Shown here piece by piece: positions 37,033 to 52,700 of a stretch of DNA of 64,000 nt. Made by a program: the position numbers and the translations under genes. Within the stretch, counting starts at the first letter, position 1. Every line of letters begins with the position of its first letter. The DNA is taken from positions 13,454,001-13,518,000 of the forward strand of contig NC_047018.1 of assembly GCF_902652985.1 (NCBI RefSeq). Direction: 5' to 3'. The notes below the pieces were generated by a model. It was not told where the DNA came from. It searched no databases and was given only the letters and a program-made list of their open reading frames with translations. Source of the stretch: Pecten maximus. Lineage: Eukaryota.

Positions 37033-37584
37033 TGTCACACTACTGGTAAGATTTACTTTCCTGTGATTTCACAACACATTGCTCCTTAGTGCCAAATATG
37101 GCATTCCTGAGTTAGGCCTCCATTTTCTAAACAGTTACATAGCGAGGGACCATTCGTATGCCAGCAAATCCAGAAGTTCATGTTCCTTCTCCAACAGAAC
37201 ACCAATGAAACTATTCACACACAAACAATCGCCATTCACATATATAACTACGTCCTTCCGAATACTATGTGGTATTATCGGCCACTGTCATTCTATTATA
37301 ATCCTAAACTCTAAATAGCGAAACCTGCCAACCTGTTAGACAGGTTTTCCGTCGACCAGTAGCGGGTATATATTGTCGTAGCACTGCCTGGGACCCATTA
37401 AACTAGGTCCCGGAGCGATCTGACTGGTGAGGTATTTTACGAATGAGTAGATAATGAGATTATTTATTTCAGCGACCCGTATTTACACGTGTACCTGTTG
37501 TTAGTACAGATAGCTCCAATTTACACGGGTACCTGTAGTTACATGTGTACCTGTAGTAGGTACAGATCGCCGTGAGTGATCCGT

Positions 37585-38260
37585 AAAGGCTGTCCGAATA
37601 CAGAGACATCATCGTGTCCACCATGTGTTCCGAATGTCATAAAGGCTGTCCGAATACAGAGACATCATCGTGTCCACCATGTGTTCCGAATGTCATAAAG
37701 GCTGTCCGAATACAGAGACAGCATCATGTCCACCATGTATTCCGAATGTCATAAAGGCTGTCCGAATACAGAGACATCATCGTGTCCACCATGTGTTCCG
37801 AATGTCATAAAGGCTGTCCGAATACAGAGACATCATCATGTCCACCATGTGTTCAGAATGTCATAAAGGCTGTCCGAATACAGAGACAGCATCGTGTCCA
37901 TCATGTGTTCCGAATGTCATAAAGGCTGTCCGAATACAGAGACAGCATCGTGTCCATCATGTGTTCCGAATGATATAAAGGCTGTCCGACTAAAGAGACA
38001 TCATCGTGATTTGGTTTGAAAATATTTTATTGTTTAGACACGATTGGATTGGGCATAAGTTTTTAACAACAGACAGACAGACAGACAGACCTAAGAGTAA
38101 GATGAATGTTAGGGTTCATACACGATATACACAATACATATCTTTAAATACGCTTAATTAAAACTACGTCATCGTCTCCACCATGTCTTCTGTATGTTGC
38201 AAAGTCTGCGAATAAAGAGACACCATCGTGTCCACCATATGTTCCGTAAAGGCTGCCCGG
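37585..38260. repeat. 56-bp minisatellite (about 7.5 good copies), interrupted at ~38009-38166 and followed by degenerate copies
   Basis: Unit aaaggctgtccgaatacagagacatcatcgtgtccaccatgtgttccgaatgtcat, period 56 (37641 and 37697). Confidence 0.92.
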
Positions 38261-38885
38261 CTAAAGAGGCGCGGTCGTGTCCCACTTTGTGTTCCGTATG
38301 TAACAAAGATTGACATCCACTCTGATGCACAAGACATACCCTGGCAACTCGTGGACACCGCTAGAGTAAAATTGTCTACGGTACTACGCTTGTACTCGTG
38401 TATTACTCCTACCACGCTCAGTATCCTACTCAGTGATTGATTAACATAACACTTACATTGTAGGTCTGTGTTTGAGAAGAATTATCCGACCATGACGTCC
38501 CAAACAAGTAACGCCATTGTAATTAGCAGCACACCCGAGTTTGCAATGAAAATAGAGTGACAATAGGCAGGGTTAGTACATGTATGTGAAGAATGCGTGA
38601 CATGTATGATAGACATCGGCTGATATTGTACATTGCCGACCCCGAGCTAATCCACACTTTAAATCTAGAAGGGTAAATGTTAGTAGGAAAGCCTCGGATG
38701 ATCTGAACAGAAATGATGTCAGAAACATTACCAGTAATGACTATGTACAGCAAGGTGTTAAAGCGTACAAATGTACAGGTCAAATCTTAGGTGTTTTTGG
38801 TGTGGGAGTCCAATCATGCTGTGGTCATTCCTTAATCCCATTCTTCTGTAGACGTTTGCCATATTGGTAACCAACTGAAGTACCG

Positions 38886-40575
38886 CAACGTCCATAGGCT
38901 TATAACAACGTTCATAGGCTTACAACAACGTTCATAGGCTTACAACAACGTTCATAGGCTCACAACAACGTCCATAGGCTTATAACAACGTCCATAGACT
39001 TACAACAACGTTCATAGACTTACAACATGTATAGGCTAACAACAACGTCCATAGACTTACAACAACGTTCATAGGCTTACAACAACGTTCATAGACTTAC
39101 AACATGTATAGGCTAACAACAACGTTCATAGGCTTACAACAACGTTCATAGACTTACAACATGTATAGGCTAACAACAACGTCCATAGGCTTATAACAAC
39201 GTTCATAGGCTTATAACAACGTCCATAGGCTTATAACAACGTTCATAGGCTTATAACAACGTTCATAGGCTTACAACAACATACTTACAACGTGTATAGG
39301 CTTACAACAACATTCATGGGCTTACAACAATGTTCATAGACTTACAACAACGTTCATAGGCTTACAACAACGTTCATAGACTTACAACATGTATAGGCTA
39401 ACAACAACGTTCATAGGCTTACAACAACGTTCATAGACTTACAACATGTATAGGCTAACAACAACGTCCATAGGCTTATAACAACGTTCATAGGCTTATA
39501 ACAACGTCCATAGGCTTATAACAACGTCCATAGGCTTATAACAACGTTCATAGGCTTACAACAACGTTCATAGGCTTACAACAACGCTCATAGGCTCACA
39601 ACAACGTCCATAGGCTTATAACAACGTCCATAGACTTACAACAACGTTCATAGACTTACAACATGTATAGGCTAACAACAACGTCCATAGACTTACAACA
39701 ACGTTCATAGGCTTACAACAACGTTCATAGACTTACAACATGTATAGGCTAACAACAACGTTCATAGGCTTACAACAACGTTCATAGACTTACAACATGT
39801 ATAGGCTAACAACAACGTCCATAGGCTTATAACAACGTTCATAGGCTTATAACAACGTCCATAGGCCTATAACAACGTGCATAGGCTTATAACAACGTTC
39901 ATAGGCTTATAACAACGTTCATAGGCTTACAACAACATACTTACAACGTGTATAGGCTTACAACAACATTCATGGGCTTACAACAATGTTCATAGACTTA
40001 CAACAACGTTCATAGGTTTACATCAACGTTCATAGACTTACAACATGTATAGGCTAACAACAACGTTCATAGGCTTACAACAACGTTCATAGACTTACAA
40101 CATGTATAGGCTAACAACAACGTCCATAGGCTTATAACAACGTTCATAGGCTTATAACAACGTCCATAGGCTTATAACAACGTCCATAGGCTTATAACAA
40201 CGTTCATAGGCTTATAACAACGTCCATAGGCTTATAACAACGTTCATAGGCTTACAACAACATACTTACAACGTGTATAGGCTTACAACAACATTCATGG
40301 GCTTACAACAATGTTCATAGACTTACAACAACGTTCATAGACTTACAACAACGTTCATAGACTTACAACATGTATAGGCTAACAACAACGTCCATAGGCT
40401 TATAACAACGTTCATAGGCTTATAACAACGTTCATAGGCTTATAACAACGTTCATAGGCTTATAACAACGTCCATAGGCTTATAACAACGTTCATAGGCT
40501 TATAACAACGTCCATAGGCTTATAACAACGTCCATAGGCTTATAACAACGTTCATAGGCTTATAACAACGTTCAT
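38886..40575. repeat. 20-bp minisatellite (aacaacgttcataggcttac) with higher-order blocks
   Basis: Direct periodicity, with shorter variant units. Confidence 0.97.
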
Positions 40576-41442
40576 TAAATACTGTCAATGAACGAAATTA
40601 AAAACTCATTATCAGGATATTTGTTTTCTTAATCTTCACAAAGGTTTTTTGAAATGCCTCGTGTAAAACTAACTAGCTTTACTGGTGTGTTGAATATGTT
40701 ATTCAACATACAATATAGATAAAGTGGGCTGTAAAATTTGCTGTGTTGGATTGATTGAGATTACGACTATGTTTCCGGGATGCCATCATTTATTAACAGA
40801 CGTTAACAATATACCGTTCCATCTTCCCGGTATGACAAGCAGTGGCTGTAAATCATACGAAGTACTGTTAGAATTATACAAGTTATCTCCCTTTGTACCA
40901 GTGATAGAATATGTCGCAGTATTTCTCTCTGGTTCGTCCTCCACCGACTGATAGGTACTCCGCTTCTCCTAAGTGTTGTTCACCGCAATCAAGTACGCGT
41001 GCGTTATTTAAAAAAGGCTTAACAAGAAATATTTTGAATTTTTTGTAAAACTGCTGGTGAACTAGTGCGTTTCAGCACGGGTACCAAATTACATCGGTTT
41101 AAATCATTTTTGGTGATAATATTACAATTTTATTAATGTGTCATTTGAAAATATACATCCACTTATTCAGCTTGCATTCAATCTTAACTTTGTTTCGTTT
41201 TTCACTGCATATTCATTTTTCATTTACCTCTACATTGACCAATCACATACTTCATCTTGACCAGTAACGCCACCTGTCGCGTCATATCCGGGGCCAAAAA
41301 ATAGTATTACGGCTATGCCGAAAAACGAGGCCGTCTGTTCGTGGTGTTGGATTATGTCTGCTTTGATGTTGTTTGTTGCTTTGGTTTTTAATCATGATGA
41401 TGTGATACTTTGGGTGACTGTGATTTATCTATTTTACAACAC

Positions 41443-42465
41443 AGTGTCCTGTGATCTGATGAGGATATCTGTATATATGTCTGTAGTTAAGGTTGTGACC
41501 GTGTCCTGTGATCTGATGGGGATATATGTGTATATGTCTGTAGTTAAGGTTGTGACCGTGTCCTGTGATCTGATGAGGATATCTGTGTATATGTCTGTAG
41601 TTAAGGTTGTGACCGTGTCCTGTGATCTGATGGGGATATCTGTGTATATGTCTGTAGTTAAGGTTGTGACCGTGTCGTGTCCTGTTGTCTGATGAGGATA
41701 TCTGTGTATATGTCTGTAGTTAAGGTTGTGACCGTGTCGTGTCCTGTGGTCTGATGAGGATATCTGTGTATATGTCTGTAGTTAAGGTTGTGACCGTGTC
41801 GTGTCCTGTTGTCTGATGAGGATATCTGTGTATATGTCTGTAGTTAAGGTTGTGACCGTGTCGTGTCCTGTGGTCTGATGAGGATATCTGTGTATATGTC
41901 TGTAGTTAAGGTTGTGTCCGTGTCGTGTCCTGTGATCTGATGAGGATATATGTGTATATGTCTGTAGTTAAGGTTGTGACCGTGTCCTGTGATCTGATGA
42001 GGATGTCTGTGTATATGTCTGTAGTTAAGGTTGTGACCGTGTCGTGTCCTGTGGTCTGATGAGGATATATGTGTATATGTCTGTAGTTAAGGTTGTGACC
42101 GTGTCGTGTCCTGTGGTCTGATGAGGATATCTGTGTATATGTCTGTAGTTAAGGTTGTGTCCGTGTCCTGTGGTCTGATGAGGATGTCTGTGTATATGTC
42201 TGTAGTTAAGGTTGTGACCGTGTCGTGTCCTGTGATCTGATGAGGATATCTGTGTATATGTCTGTAGTTAAGGTTGTGACCGTGTCGTGTCCTGTGGTCT
42301 GATGGGGATATCTGTGTATATGTCTGTAGTTAAGGTTGTGTCCGTGTCGTGTGACCTGATGGGGATATCTGTGTATATGTCTGTAGTTAAGGTTGTGACC
42401 GTGTCGTGTCCTGTGGTCTGATGACGATATCTGTGTATATGTCTGTAGTTAAGGTTGTGTCCGTC
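41443..42465. repeat. 57/62-bp minisatellite, about 17 copies
   Basis: Unit gtgtcctgtgatctgatgaggatatctgtgtatatgtctgtagttaaggttgtgacc, with an optional extra gtgtc. Confidence 0.96.
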
Positions 42466-42810
42466 TGACATCTTTTTACATGCATGTTCGCTATCATGTG
42501 GTGGATTTATGTTCAAATATGCAGTTGATATATGTTGGTCCCATTTTAGGTTAATTTGTAAAGATTTATCACACTTTAAACCCTACGCATCACTGACGAG
42601 GTCTAGAAGACGGAACAGCGATGTGATTCAGTTAGATACATTTTTTGACAAGAGTATTTACATGCAAATCTAAATTTGTATTGAAAGGTGCTAATATCTT
42701 TACACTTGTTTGTAATCTTTCAATAACTATTATTAATGTTGTAATCTCTCGCGATGACAGCTCTCATGATAGAAACCTGATTTGTTAACGATATAACAGT
42801 TAATATTCAG

Positions 42811-43045
42811 GGCCCAGTTGTTCGAAAGATGATTCAGCTAATCATAGTTTAACAACAATTTTAATATCCTGATAATATTATTTCTGGTAAAACTAACTTG
42901 ACAAAATTTTATGAAACTATGTCACTCATTTGTCTCTTCCCACCTGCCTATTTTAAGGAATATACACAGAGGTTTTGAAGTAAAGGCAAACTGAGATTTT
43001 CACTAATCAAGTGATTAAGCTAATTAACTTTTGAGCAACTGGACC
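42811..43045. mobile_element. PIF/Harbinger-like MITE
   Basis: Imperfect TIRs ggcccagttgttcgaaag and cttttgagcaactggacc, flanked on both sides by cag (candidate 3-bp TSD). Confidence 0.72.
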
Positions 43046-43659
43046 CAGATCGCTATCATTTTAACTATTTCAGTGGCTTTATAGATTATCGTACACGAGT
43101 GCCGATCTAGTAAGGGGTCGATTAAGCTGACAACGCAAAAACATTTAAATATTGTGTCTCTCAGGAGCTTAAGTAAAGGGACATAACTCGTATGAGACTA
43201 TCGCATGCTGATATTGGAACTCTCCGATGTAAAAGTTAATAAAGTTGTTATGTGAAATAGTTCTCATATGCGTGTTGAGTTCAGTATGTATCACAGCAAC
43301 CATCGGGTTAAATCTGGTGATATGGACGCCATCCATATTTATGACATGCATGCTAGTTATATTGATATATTTTTCAGTGCATGAGTGGGAAGGAAATGTG
43401 GGTAATTAACGTTACAAATGATATTGGATAAAATATAGGCAGAGCCCTAAACCATCGTATCTGATTGATAAAACAATCCTAATGCACAATATTGTGTTTA
43501 TCATCTTCATTCTTTGTTTATCCTTTCAATGACTACGTTCGCTTGACCTTTTATAATTATCTAGACCGAATAAAACGTATTGGTACATATATGTAGTTGC
43601 ATAAATGTGTTTATATGTGTGAATACAAATGCTATAGACCTATTTTACTGTAAAAAATG

Positions 43660-43959
43660 TTTTCGCTTTAAGGTGTGGGGTCCAATAAGGGAAATTGAGG
43701 TAAATCCTTTTCAACCCCTACTAGTCCTAAACGACTATATAAATGGATTTAAATGAAATTTAGTCTGAAGCATTATTGGGCTAAGAATATCTTATGTTGT
43801 ATGAATGGAGGGTGTGGGTCCCTTGAAGCTAAAGAGAGGGCGCATAATAGGGGAAATGTTACAAGAGAGTAAAAATAAGAATTACAAAAAATGTTTAAAC
43901 CAGAGTTGGAAATGCAGCATAAATCCAGGTGAGCGATGCAGGCCATTCGGGCCTCTTGT
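43660..43959 (+). mobile_element. Fragment of a HINE-like element (terminal part)
   Basis: Ends caggtgagcgatgcaggccattcgggcctcttgt, a hairpin plus tcttgt as at 1389-1406. The left boundary is approximate. Confidence 0.55.
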
Positions 43960-46189
43960 TTTTGATTTGACCTGTAAAATGCTTGAATTAATGAAACCAC
44001 TCCCGAGGATGTATAATGTTCATAGGAAAAATGAATAGTATTTAATATGAAAATATTTACACTTTTACAGATAAAATACTTAGTTTAAACATATTTTATT
44101 GACATATAATAATGACAAAGGGATTAGTCAGCAAGTTTTTCCAACTTGTAGATAAAATACTGTTAACTTTGGAACACTGTAAAATCAGCTTTGTTCCCAA
44201 AAATGCATTAAATCACGCATTGCTTGATTATAATGTGCTGTTGTAGCTTTCCTTTTTACAAAGGGTTTGTACATGTTTAATTTGGGAGATAATCCATCAC
44301 TATTACATTATTCAGATTATTACCCACAATCCATTATGATAGGTAACTAGCAGTAAGACAACGTAATAGCAAAGTGAAACATTACGTTTCCTAGGTAACG
44401 TGAGGTCGGTACATTATAGCATATACAACATTTGAAAACGTTATCGAGATATCATCGAAAAGACAATCCCCACACTATAGATTATTCACATCATTGACTT
44501 CATATCCTTGGCTGTTTACCTCCTGTAGACCGTATGATAACAAGTTGGTATTGACCTCTATGATACTTATGTTTTGTAAGGTCATGAACAGAAGGTGTGA
44601 GCTTGTTATCAGTCAGGGATTGATACCAAAGAGATAGAAATGATATTTTCTTTATATTCATGTGACGAAAGTATAGTTTTTTGATAATGTGTGAACTGTA
44701 TCAACAAGTTTGTTTTCTTAAAGCAGCATCACAATATATTTCTTGAAATATTTCATTCATCAACGATTGCATAGTATAAATAGCCTCTAACAATCAAACT
44801 GAGTAAATGTTGTTACATTGTATTCGTTATGACATTCCATCAACCCAAACTGAGTAAATGTTGTTACATTGTATTCTTTATGACATTCCATCAACCAAAC
44901 TAAGTATTGATGTCAATAATCTACCTATAAGACTGATAAATGTCTCACATTTGTAATTACATATTATATATTATATATGTGTTATCAATATCAACACCTT
45001 TAATAAATGAACAATAGTCTTTTGTCCAGACCTCGCGGGAAAAGCCAGACTGGGAAATGTTGCATTAGTTTATTCGTGGTATCACAGTGTCATTCAGCAT
45101 GTTATCTATAACTTGTGTCTTACTAAGATTTCTAAATCTTCCAACAAACTTTACCTCATTTATCGCAAATATTCCATTCCTCACCGACAGTGCAGGACCT
45201 CACCAGGACCTCACCAGCATTACCAAACTCATCTATGGTGAGCTTTTATTAATCTAAAATTCATCTTTTGATATATTGAACAAGTAACTCTGCTTCTAGA
45301 ATTCTATTTTTTTTTTTAAATTACAGCTGTATATTTATTTCGAATTAACGTTTTATTAATCAAATTTAACAAGTCACCTTCGTGATTGGGCATTTTTAAT
45401 TAATTTTCAAGCCTTTTGGACTATTATCATTTTGCCACAAGCTTTCGACGAATCTTCTCGGACCCACGCCAGTTAAAGTTTGTCAATGTATGCTTTTAAC
45501 ATTTTCTATAAAACATACTATATCATATTATATTGTGAACGTTACATAAGTATGACTTGGTCATTAGTACGTCAGTATTCAGTATTGTGACGTACATACA
45601 TGTACATTTGAATCAAATTCATCAATATTTAAAAAAACAAAAAGCTGAGTCATGGTGAGGTGATGTGAAAATAACATCAGGCAGATAAAAATCCCAGTTT
45701 CATGATGAAACATGGTGATATAACAATAAACACTGATGTCGTGATTATTACGAAACCCGTTTTCTATGAAATTCCCGTTTTTAATAACCTACACTGGTTG
45801 ATTTATGAAAGGCAGTTGAGGATGACATGTTAAACTATCCAAATCGGTGTTCAGATTGCGAAATTAAAATAATGGAGTAAAATATTTCTTTTAACTGTTA
45901 ACAATTCTAGGAATTTCATAAAAAAAAGAAAGACATGTAAATATTTCTATTTGATTACCTTATCCGCCCGGAGTTTTCGGAGCACCCCAGAACCCCGGGG
46001 ATATTACAAATCCTTTGTCCAGAAGGTTTACTGAAACACATCTTTTACGATAATTGACACATAACGGCACGAGGAGGCACTTGCCTGATTAAGATATGTA
46101 TCTAACACCTAAATTCCATTACGGCTTCCAACAAAAAACCGAGAGTTCGCCGGAGGAAGAAATCTCCCACTGCGTGGGATACTTTACTA

Positions 46190-47770
46190 TCCAAGTCTCT
46201 CACTACCTACGATACTTATTTTCTCTCTACGTTTAAGTCTCTCAATGTCCAAGTCTCTCACTGCCTAGGATAAGTTTGTCTCAATGTCCGAGTCTCTCAC
46301 TACCCAGGATAAGTCTCAATGTCTCTCACTACCTAGGATAAGTTTGTCTCCATGTCCGAATCTCTCACTACCTTAGATAAGTTTGTCTCCATGTCCGAAT
46401 CTCTCACTTCCTAAGATACAAATGTAAGTTTGTCTCAATGTCCGAGTCTCTCACTACCCAGGATAAGTTTGTCTCCATGTCCGAATCTCTCACTACCTAG
46501 GATAAGTTTGTCTCCATGTCCGAATCTCTCACTACCTAGGATAAGTTTGTCTCCATGTCCGAATCTCTTACTACCTAGGATAAGTTTGTCTCCATGTCCG
46601 AATATCTCACTACCTAGGATAAGTTTATCTCCATGTCCGAATCTCTCACTACCTAGGATAAGTTTGTCTCCATGTCCGAATCTCTCACTACCTAGGGTAA
46701 GTTTGCCTCCATGTCCGAATCTCTCACTACCTAGGATAAGTTTGTCTCAATGTCCGAGTCTCTCACTACCTAGGGTAAGTTTGTCTCCATGTCCGAGTCT
46801 CTCACTACCTTAGATAAGTTTGTCTCAATGTCCGAGTCTCTCACTACCTAGGATAAGTTTGTCTCCATGTCCGAATCTCTCACTACCCAGGATAAGTTTG
46901 TCTCCATGTCCGAATCTCTCACTACATAGGATAAGTTTGTCTCCATGTCCGAGTCTCTCACTACATTGGATAAGTTTGTCTCAATGTCCGAGTCTCTCAC
47001 TACCCAGGATAAGTGTGTCTCCATGTCCGAATCTCTCACTACCTAGGATAAGTCTCAATGTCTCTAACTACCTAGGATAAGTTTGTCTCCATGTCCGAGT
47101 CTCTCACTACATTGGATAAGTTTGTCTCAATGTCCGAGTCTCTCACTACCTAGGGTAAGTTTGTCTCCATGTCCGAGTCTCTCACTACCTAGGGTAAGTT
47201 TGTTTCCATGTCCGAGTCTCTCACTACCTAGGGTAAGTTTGTCTCAATGTCCGAGTCTCTCACTACCTAGGGTAAGTTTGTCTCCATGTCCGAATCTCTC
47301 ACTACCTATGATAAGTTTGTTTCCATGTCCGAGTCTCTCACTACCTAGGGTAAGTTTGTCTCAATGTCCGAGTCTCTCACTACCTAGGGTAAGTTTGTCT
47401 TCATGTCCGAGTCTCTCACTACCTAGGGTAAGTTTGTCTCCATGTCCGAATCTCTCACTACCTAGGGTAAGTTTGTCTCCATGTCCGAGTCTCTCACTAC
47501 CTAGGGTAAGTTTGTCTCAATGTCCGAGTCATTCACTACCCATGATAAGTTTGTTTCCATGTCCGAGTCTCTCACTACCAAGTCTCAATGTCTCTCACTA
47601 CCTACAAATGTAGGATAGGTTTGTTTCTATGTCCAAGTCTCTCACTACCTAGGATAAGTTTGTCTCCATGTCCGAATCTCTCACTACCTTAGATAAGTTT
47701 GTCTCAATGTCCGAGTCTCTCACTACATAGGATAAGTTTGTCTCCCTGTCCTAGCCTTTCACTACCTACA
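46190..47770. repeat. 39-bp minisatellite (tccgagtctctcactacctaggataagtttgtctccatg), about 40 copies
   Basis: Direct periodicity. It explains the 13-aa SLSLPRISLSPCP ORFs. Confidence 0.97.
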
Positions 47771-49120
47771 ATGCAATACACCAGACAATTGGTGGCATTA
47801 TATTTCATAATAATATAATGTATACATTGATGAATATTTATCAGAAATTTCACATAGTTTTCAGACATAAATACACTGAACAGCACTTTCATTTTGTAAG
47901 AATTAATATACACATGTAATATGGCCTTTTCTGACGTCATCAAATGCTAATGAAATTATGTCGCTTCTTGCGATATCATTACATATTATTAGTCTTGATG
48001 GCATACATGTAGTTTAAACCTTCAATAATAATATGGAATACACCTTTTTACTTTACTAATTTGAGGCGTGTTCATGGATCCCTTTGTGTGTCTTGTTTAC
48101 GACGAATCCCTTGTTTACAATGTCATATGCATGTGTGTAGTGAACGGTGTCGCTATCAAAGTGATGCCCATTTCCACTCTGTCATTATATTTGTTTCGAT
48201 GACTTGGTATAATGGTTATTTATCGCGTTTAGAAATCATATACTACAGGTCCCATTAGAAATATACAATTCATTGCCAGACAATTATCACATGTCGGACG
48301 GAGTTTTCTATACAACTTGCACACAAACTCGAGTTAAAAGGAGACCGTTCACCAATGTGTCCGCCGAAGCATGACCAAAGGGCTGAGACATTTGTAAACA
48401 TGGTGGATACACGTCTTACTGGTAAGGCAAGTATTCTAATTCATTACCGTGTTATCGTCCATTTTTACTGTATATGAATTAGAATTTAAAACCAACACAC
48501 AAACGACACCAGCGACTTCTTCCTGTGATACACAAACTCGTGTATGGTGTTCAGTGACTATCGCACAGAAGTGTTGTGTTACTTTGTCTAATGGACATAT
48601 ACCGAGAACTGTGTTACTTTGTCTAATGGAGACATACGCTGGGAACTGTGTTACTTTGTATAATGGACATATATACCTAGTGGATATATCCTGACATAAT
48701 TCAGTCTGGGAGAGCTGTCCCCTCATTCCATATGTATACTATGTGAGGTTCCAAAACTTTGTTTGTAATAGGAGGTTTTAAAATTCGTAAAAAACAAAAT
48801 CTTGTTTGCTCAGAGTAAACATATTGTGTGTTTCTATATACTAAACCAGTACGTTGACAATATCAGAGTAGAATAATTTGTTAAATGTGACATCGATGTG
48901 CTTGTTCCTGAGCATAAACAGGATAAAATCACAGGTAGTGTCATCATACGTAATGATTACGAAGGAGGTGTGTGTGAGACCAGGAGCTAATGGACACCAT
49001 GAGGAACGAGGAAGAACCTATCCTTTACAGGCATAACAACACTGAACCATAACTATACATGTACAATCTACTAAGAAACACAGCCATGGTCTATTGTTTT
49101 TCCGATACACGCATTAAGCA

Positions 49121-49427
49121 ATGCTCCGGTGGAAAGTAAATGTCGTGAAGAAATCCCACGACCGCGTGACAGCTGATGTGACATGGAGTACACAATCGTT
49201 CACGTTAAAGGGAATCCAGGCAGCATTCAAACTTCCCTGTGTTGTGAAGTGTTGTTACGAGTCCTGTCCCGTGGACTGGGACGATTTTCACTTTGATCTC
49301 TCCCAGCCCTTGTTGCTCCACAGCTTCCGAAAGGTCAAGAAACTCCAGGTCAGATGTATTCAGAAAAATGAGAGTGGTCAGTCGCAGGAATTTGGCCCCG
49401 TTCTGGTCATTCCAGAAGACTACGATG
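49121..49427 (+). CDS. CABIT-E coding exon 1
   Basis: WSTQSFTLKGIQAAFKLPCVVKC...LVIPEDYDG, homologous to CABIT-D exon 1. Donor gatg|gtaagg after 49427, phase 1. Confidence 0.83.
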
Positions 49428-49765
49428 GTAAGGAACCCATACCGGTTGGTAGTATCCAATAATCTGTAATCGAAATCTTGCTCTGACAAGACTAAAAACA
49501 TACATGTAGTACGTAATTAGGATGTCAAATCTGATTGGTTTATTAAACAAGGCGAAATGTTGCATTGCAGTACATTTTATCATGTTACTTGATTTAAATC
49601 TTTCGAATTGTTACATTGTAGTACTTTTGATCTTAGTTGATACAACCATTCGAAACACTTCACTGTGGTAGAGTCGTTGGCATATATAAATGTTTGAACA
49701 GGAATCACTGAGAGCATCGGAAGAGTTTTACATATGAATACATAGTACTAGATAGCACCATATAT

Positions 49766-52700
49766 ACTACATACAGATACACGTACTGTGTAACATACTA
49801 CATACAGGTACACTTAAAATGTACTGTAACATACTACATACAGATACACGTAAGTAAAACGTACTGTAACATACTACATACAGATACATGTACGTATGTG
49901 TACATACTACAGATACAGAGTAAAACGTAATGGTGTAACATACTACATACAGATACACGTAAAAAAAATGTACCGTGTAACATACTACATACAGATACAC
50001 GTACTGTGTAAACATACTCACATACAGATACACGTAAAACGTACGGTGTAACATACTACATACAGATAACACGTAAAACCGTACTGTGTAACATACTACA
50101 TACAGATACACGTACTGTGTAAACATACTACATACAGATAACACGTACTGTGTAACAGACCTACATACAGAGTACACGTAACTGTGTAACATACTACATA
50201 CAGATACACGTAAAATGTAACTGATGTAAACATACTACAATACAGTAAACGTAAAATGAGCCGGTAGACATACTACAGACAGATACACGTAACTGTGTAA
50301 GCATACTACAATACAGATAAACGTAACTGTGTAACATACTACATACAGATACACGTAAACGTACTGTTTAACATACTACATACAGATACACGTACTGTGT
50401 AACATACTACATACAGATATATACGTCAAACGTACTGTATAACATACGACATACAGATACACGTACTGTGTAACATACTACATACAGATACACGTAAAAT
50501 GTAACATACTACATACATATACACATACTGTGTAACATACTACATACAGATACACGTACTGTGTAACATACTACATACAGATACACGTAAAATGTAACAT
50601 ACTACATACATATACACATACTGTGTAACATACTACATACAGATACACGTACTGTGTAACATACTACATACAGATATATACGTCAAACGTACTGTATAAC
50701 ATACTACATACAGATACACGTACTGTATAACATACTACATACAGATACACGTACTGTGTAACATACTACATACAGATACACGTACTGTGTAACATACTAC
50801 ATACAGATACACGTACTGTGTAACATACTACATACAGATACACGTAAAACGTACTGTGTAATATACTACATACAGATACACGTACTGTGTAACATACTAC
50901 ATACAGATACACGTACTGTGTAACATACTACATACAAATACATGTAAAACGTACTGTGTAACATACTACATACAGATACACGTACTGTGTAACATACTAC
51001 ATACAGATACACGTAAAATGTACTGTGTAACATACTACATACAGATACACGTACTGTGTAACATACTACATACAGATACACGTACTGTGTAACATACTAC
51101 ATACAGATACACGTACTGTGTAACATACTACATACAGATACACGTAATGTGTAACATACTACATACATATACACGTACTGTGTAACATACTACATACAGA
51201 TACACGTACTGTGTAACATACTACATACAGATACACGTACTGTGTAACATACTACATACAGATACACGTACTATGTAACATACTACATACAGATACACGT
51301 ACTGTGTAACATACTACATACAGATATATACGTCAAACGTACTGTATAACATACTACATACAGATACACGTACTGTGTAACATACTACATACAGATACAC
51401 GTAATGTGTAACATACTACATACATATACACGTACCGTGTAACATACTACATACAGATACACGTACTGTAACATACTACATACAGATACACGTACTGTGT
51501 AACATACTACATACAGATACACGTACTATGTAACATACTACATACAGATACACGTACTGTGTAACATAGTACATACAGATACACGTAAAATGTACTGTGT
51601 AACATACTACATACAGATACACGTAATGTGTAACATACTACATACAGATACACGTACTGTGTAACATACTACATACAGATACACGTACTGTGTAACATAC
51701 TACATACAGATACACGTAAACGTACTGTGTAACATACTGCATACAGATACACGTACTGTGTAACATACTACATACAGATACACGTAAAATGTACTGTGTA
51801 ACATACTACATACAGATACACGTAATGTGTAACATACTACATACAGATACACGTACTGTGTAACATACTACATACAGATACACGTACTGTGTAACATACT
51901 ACATACAGATACACGTAAACGTACTGTGTAACATACTGCATACAGATACACGTACTGTGTAACATACTACATACAGATACACGTACTGTGTAACATACTA
52001 CATACAGATACACGTAAAACGTACTGTGTAACATACTACATACAGATACACGTAAAACGTACTGTAACATACTACATACAGATACACGTACTGTGTAACA
52101 TACTACATACAGATACACGTACTGTGTAACATACTACATACAGATACACGTAAAACGAACTGTGTAACATACTACATACAGATACACGTAAAATATACTG
52201 TGTAACATACTACATACAGATACACGTACTGTGTAACATACTACATACAGATACACGTAATGTGTAACATACTACATACAGATACACGTAATGTGTAACA
52301 TACTACATACATATACACATACTGTGTAACATACTACATACAGATACACGTACTGTGTAACATACTACATACAGATATATACGTCAAACGTACTGTATAA
52401 CATACGACATACAGATACACGTACTGTGTAACATACTACATACAGATACACGTAAAATGTAACATACTACATACATATACACATACTGTATAACATACTA
52501 CATACAGATACACGTACTGTGTAACATACTACATACAGATACACGTAAAATGTAACATACTACATACATATACACATACTGTGTAACATACTACATACAG
52601 ATACACGTACTGTGTAACATACTACATACAGATATATACGTCAAACGTACTGTATAACATACTACATACAGATACACGTACTGTGTAACATACTACATAC

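Noticed and set aside
46430-47613. Cys/Pro/Ser 13-aa repeat proteins
   Set aside because: A 39-bp minisatellite with interspersed stops and indels, no ATG start, and no splice context.
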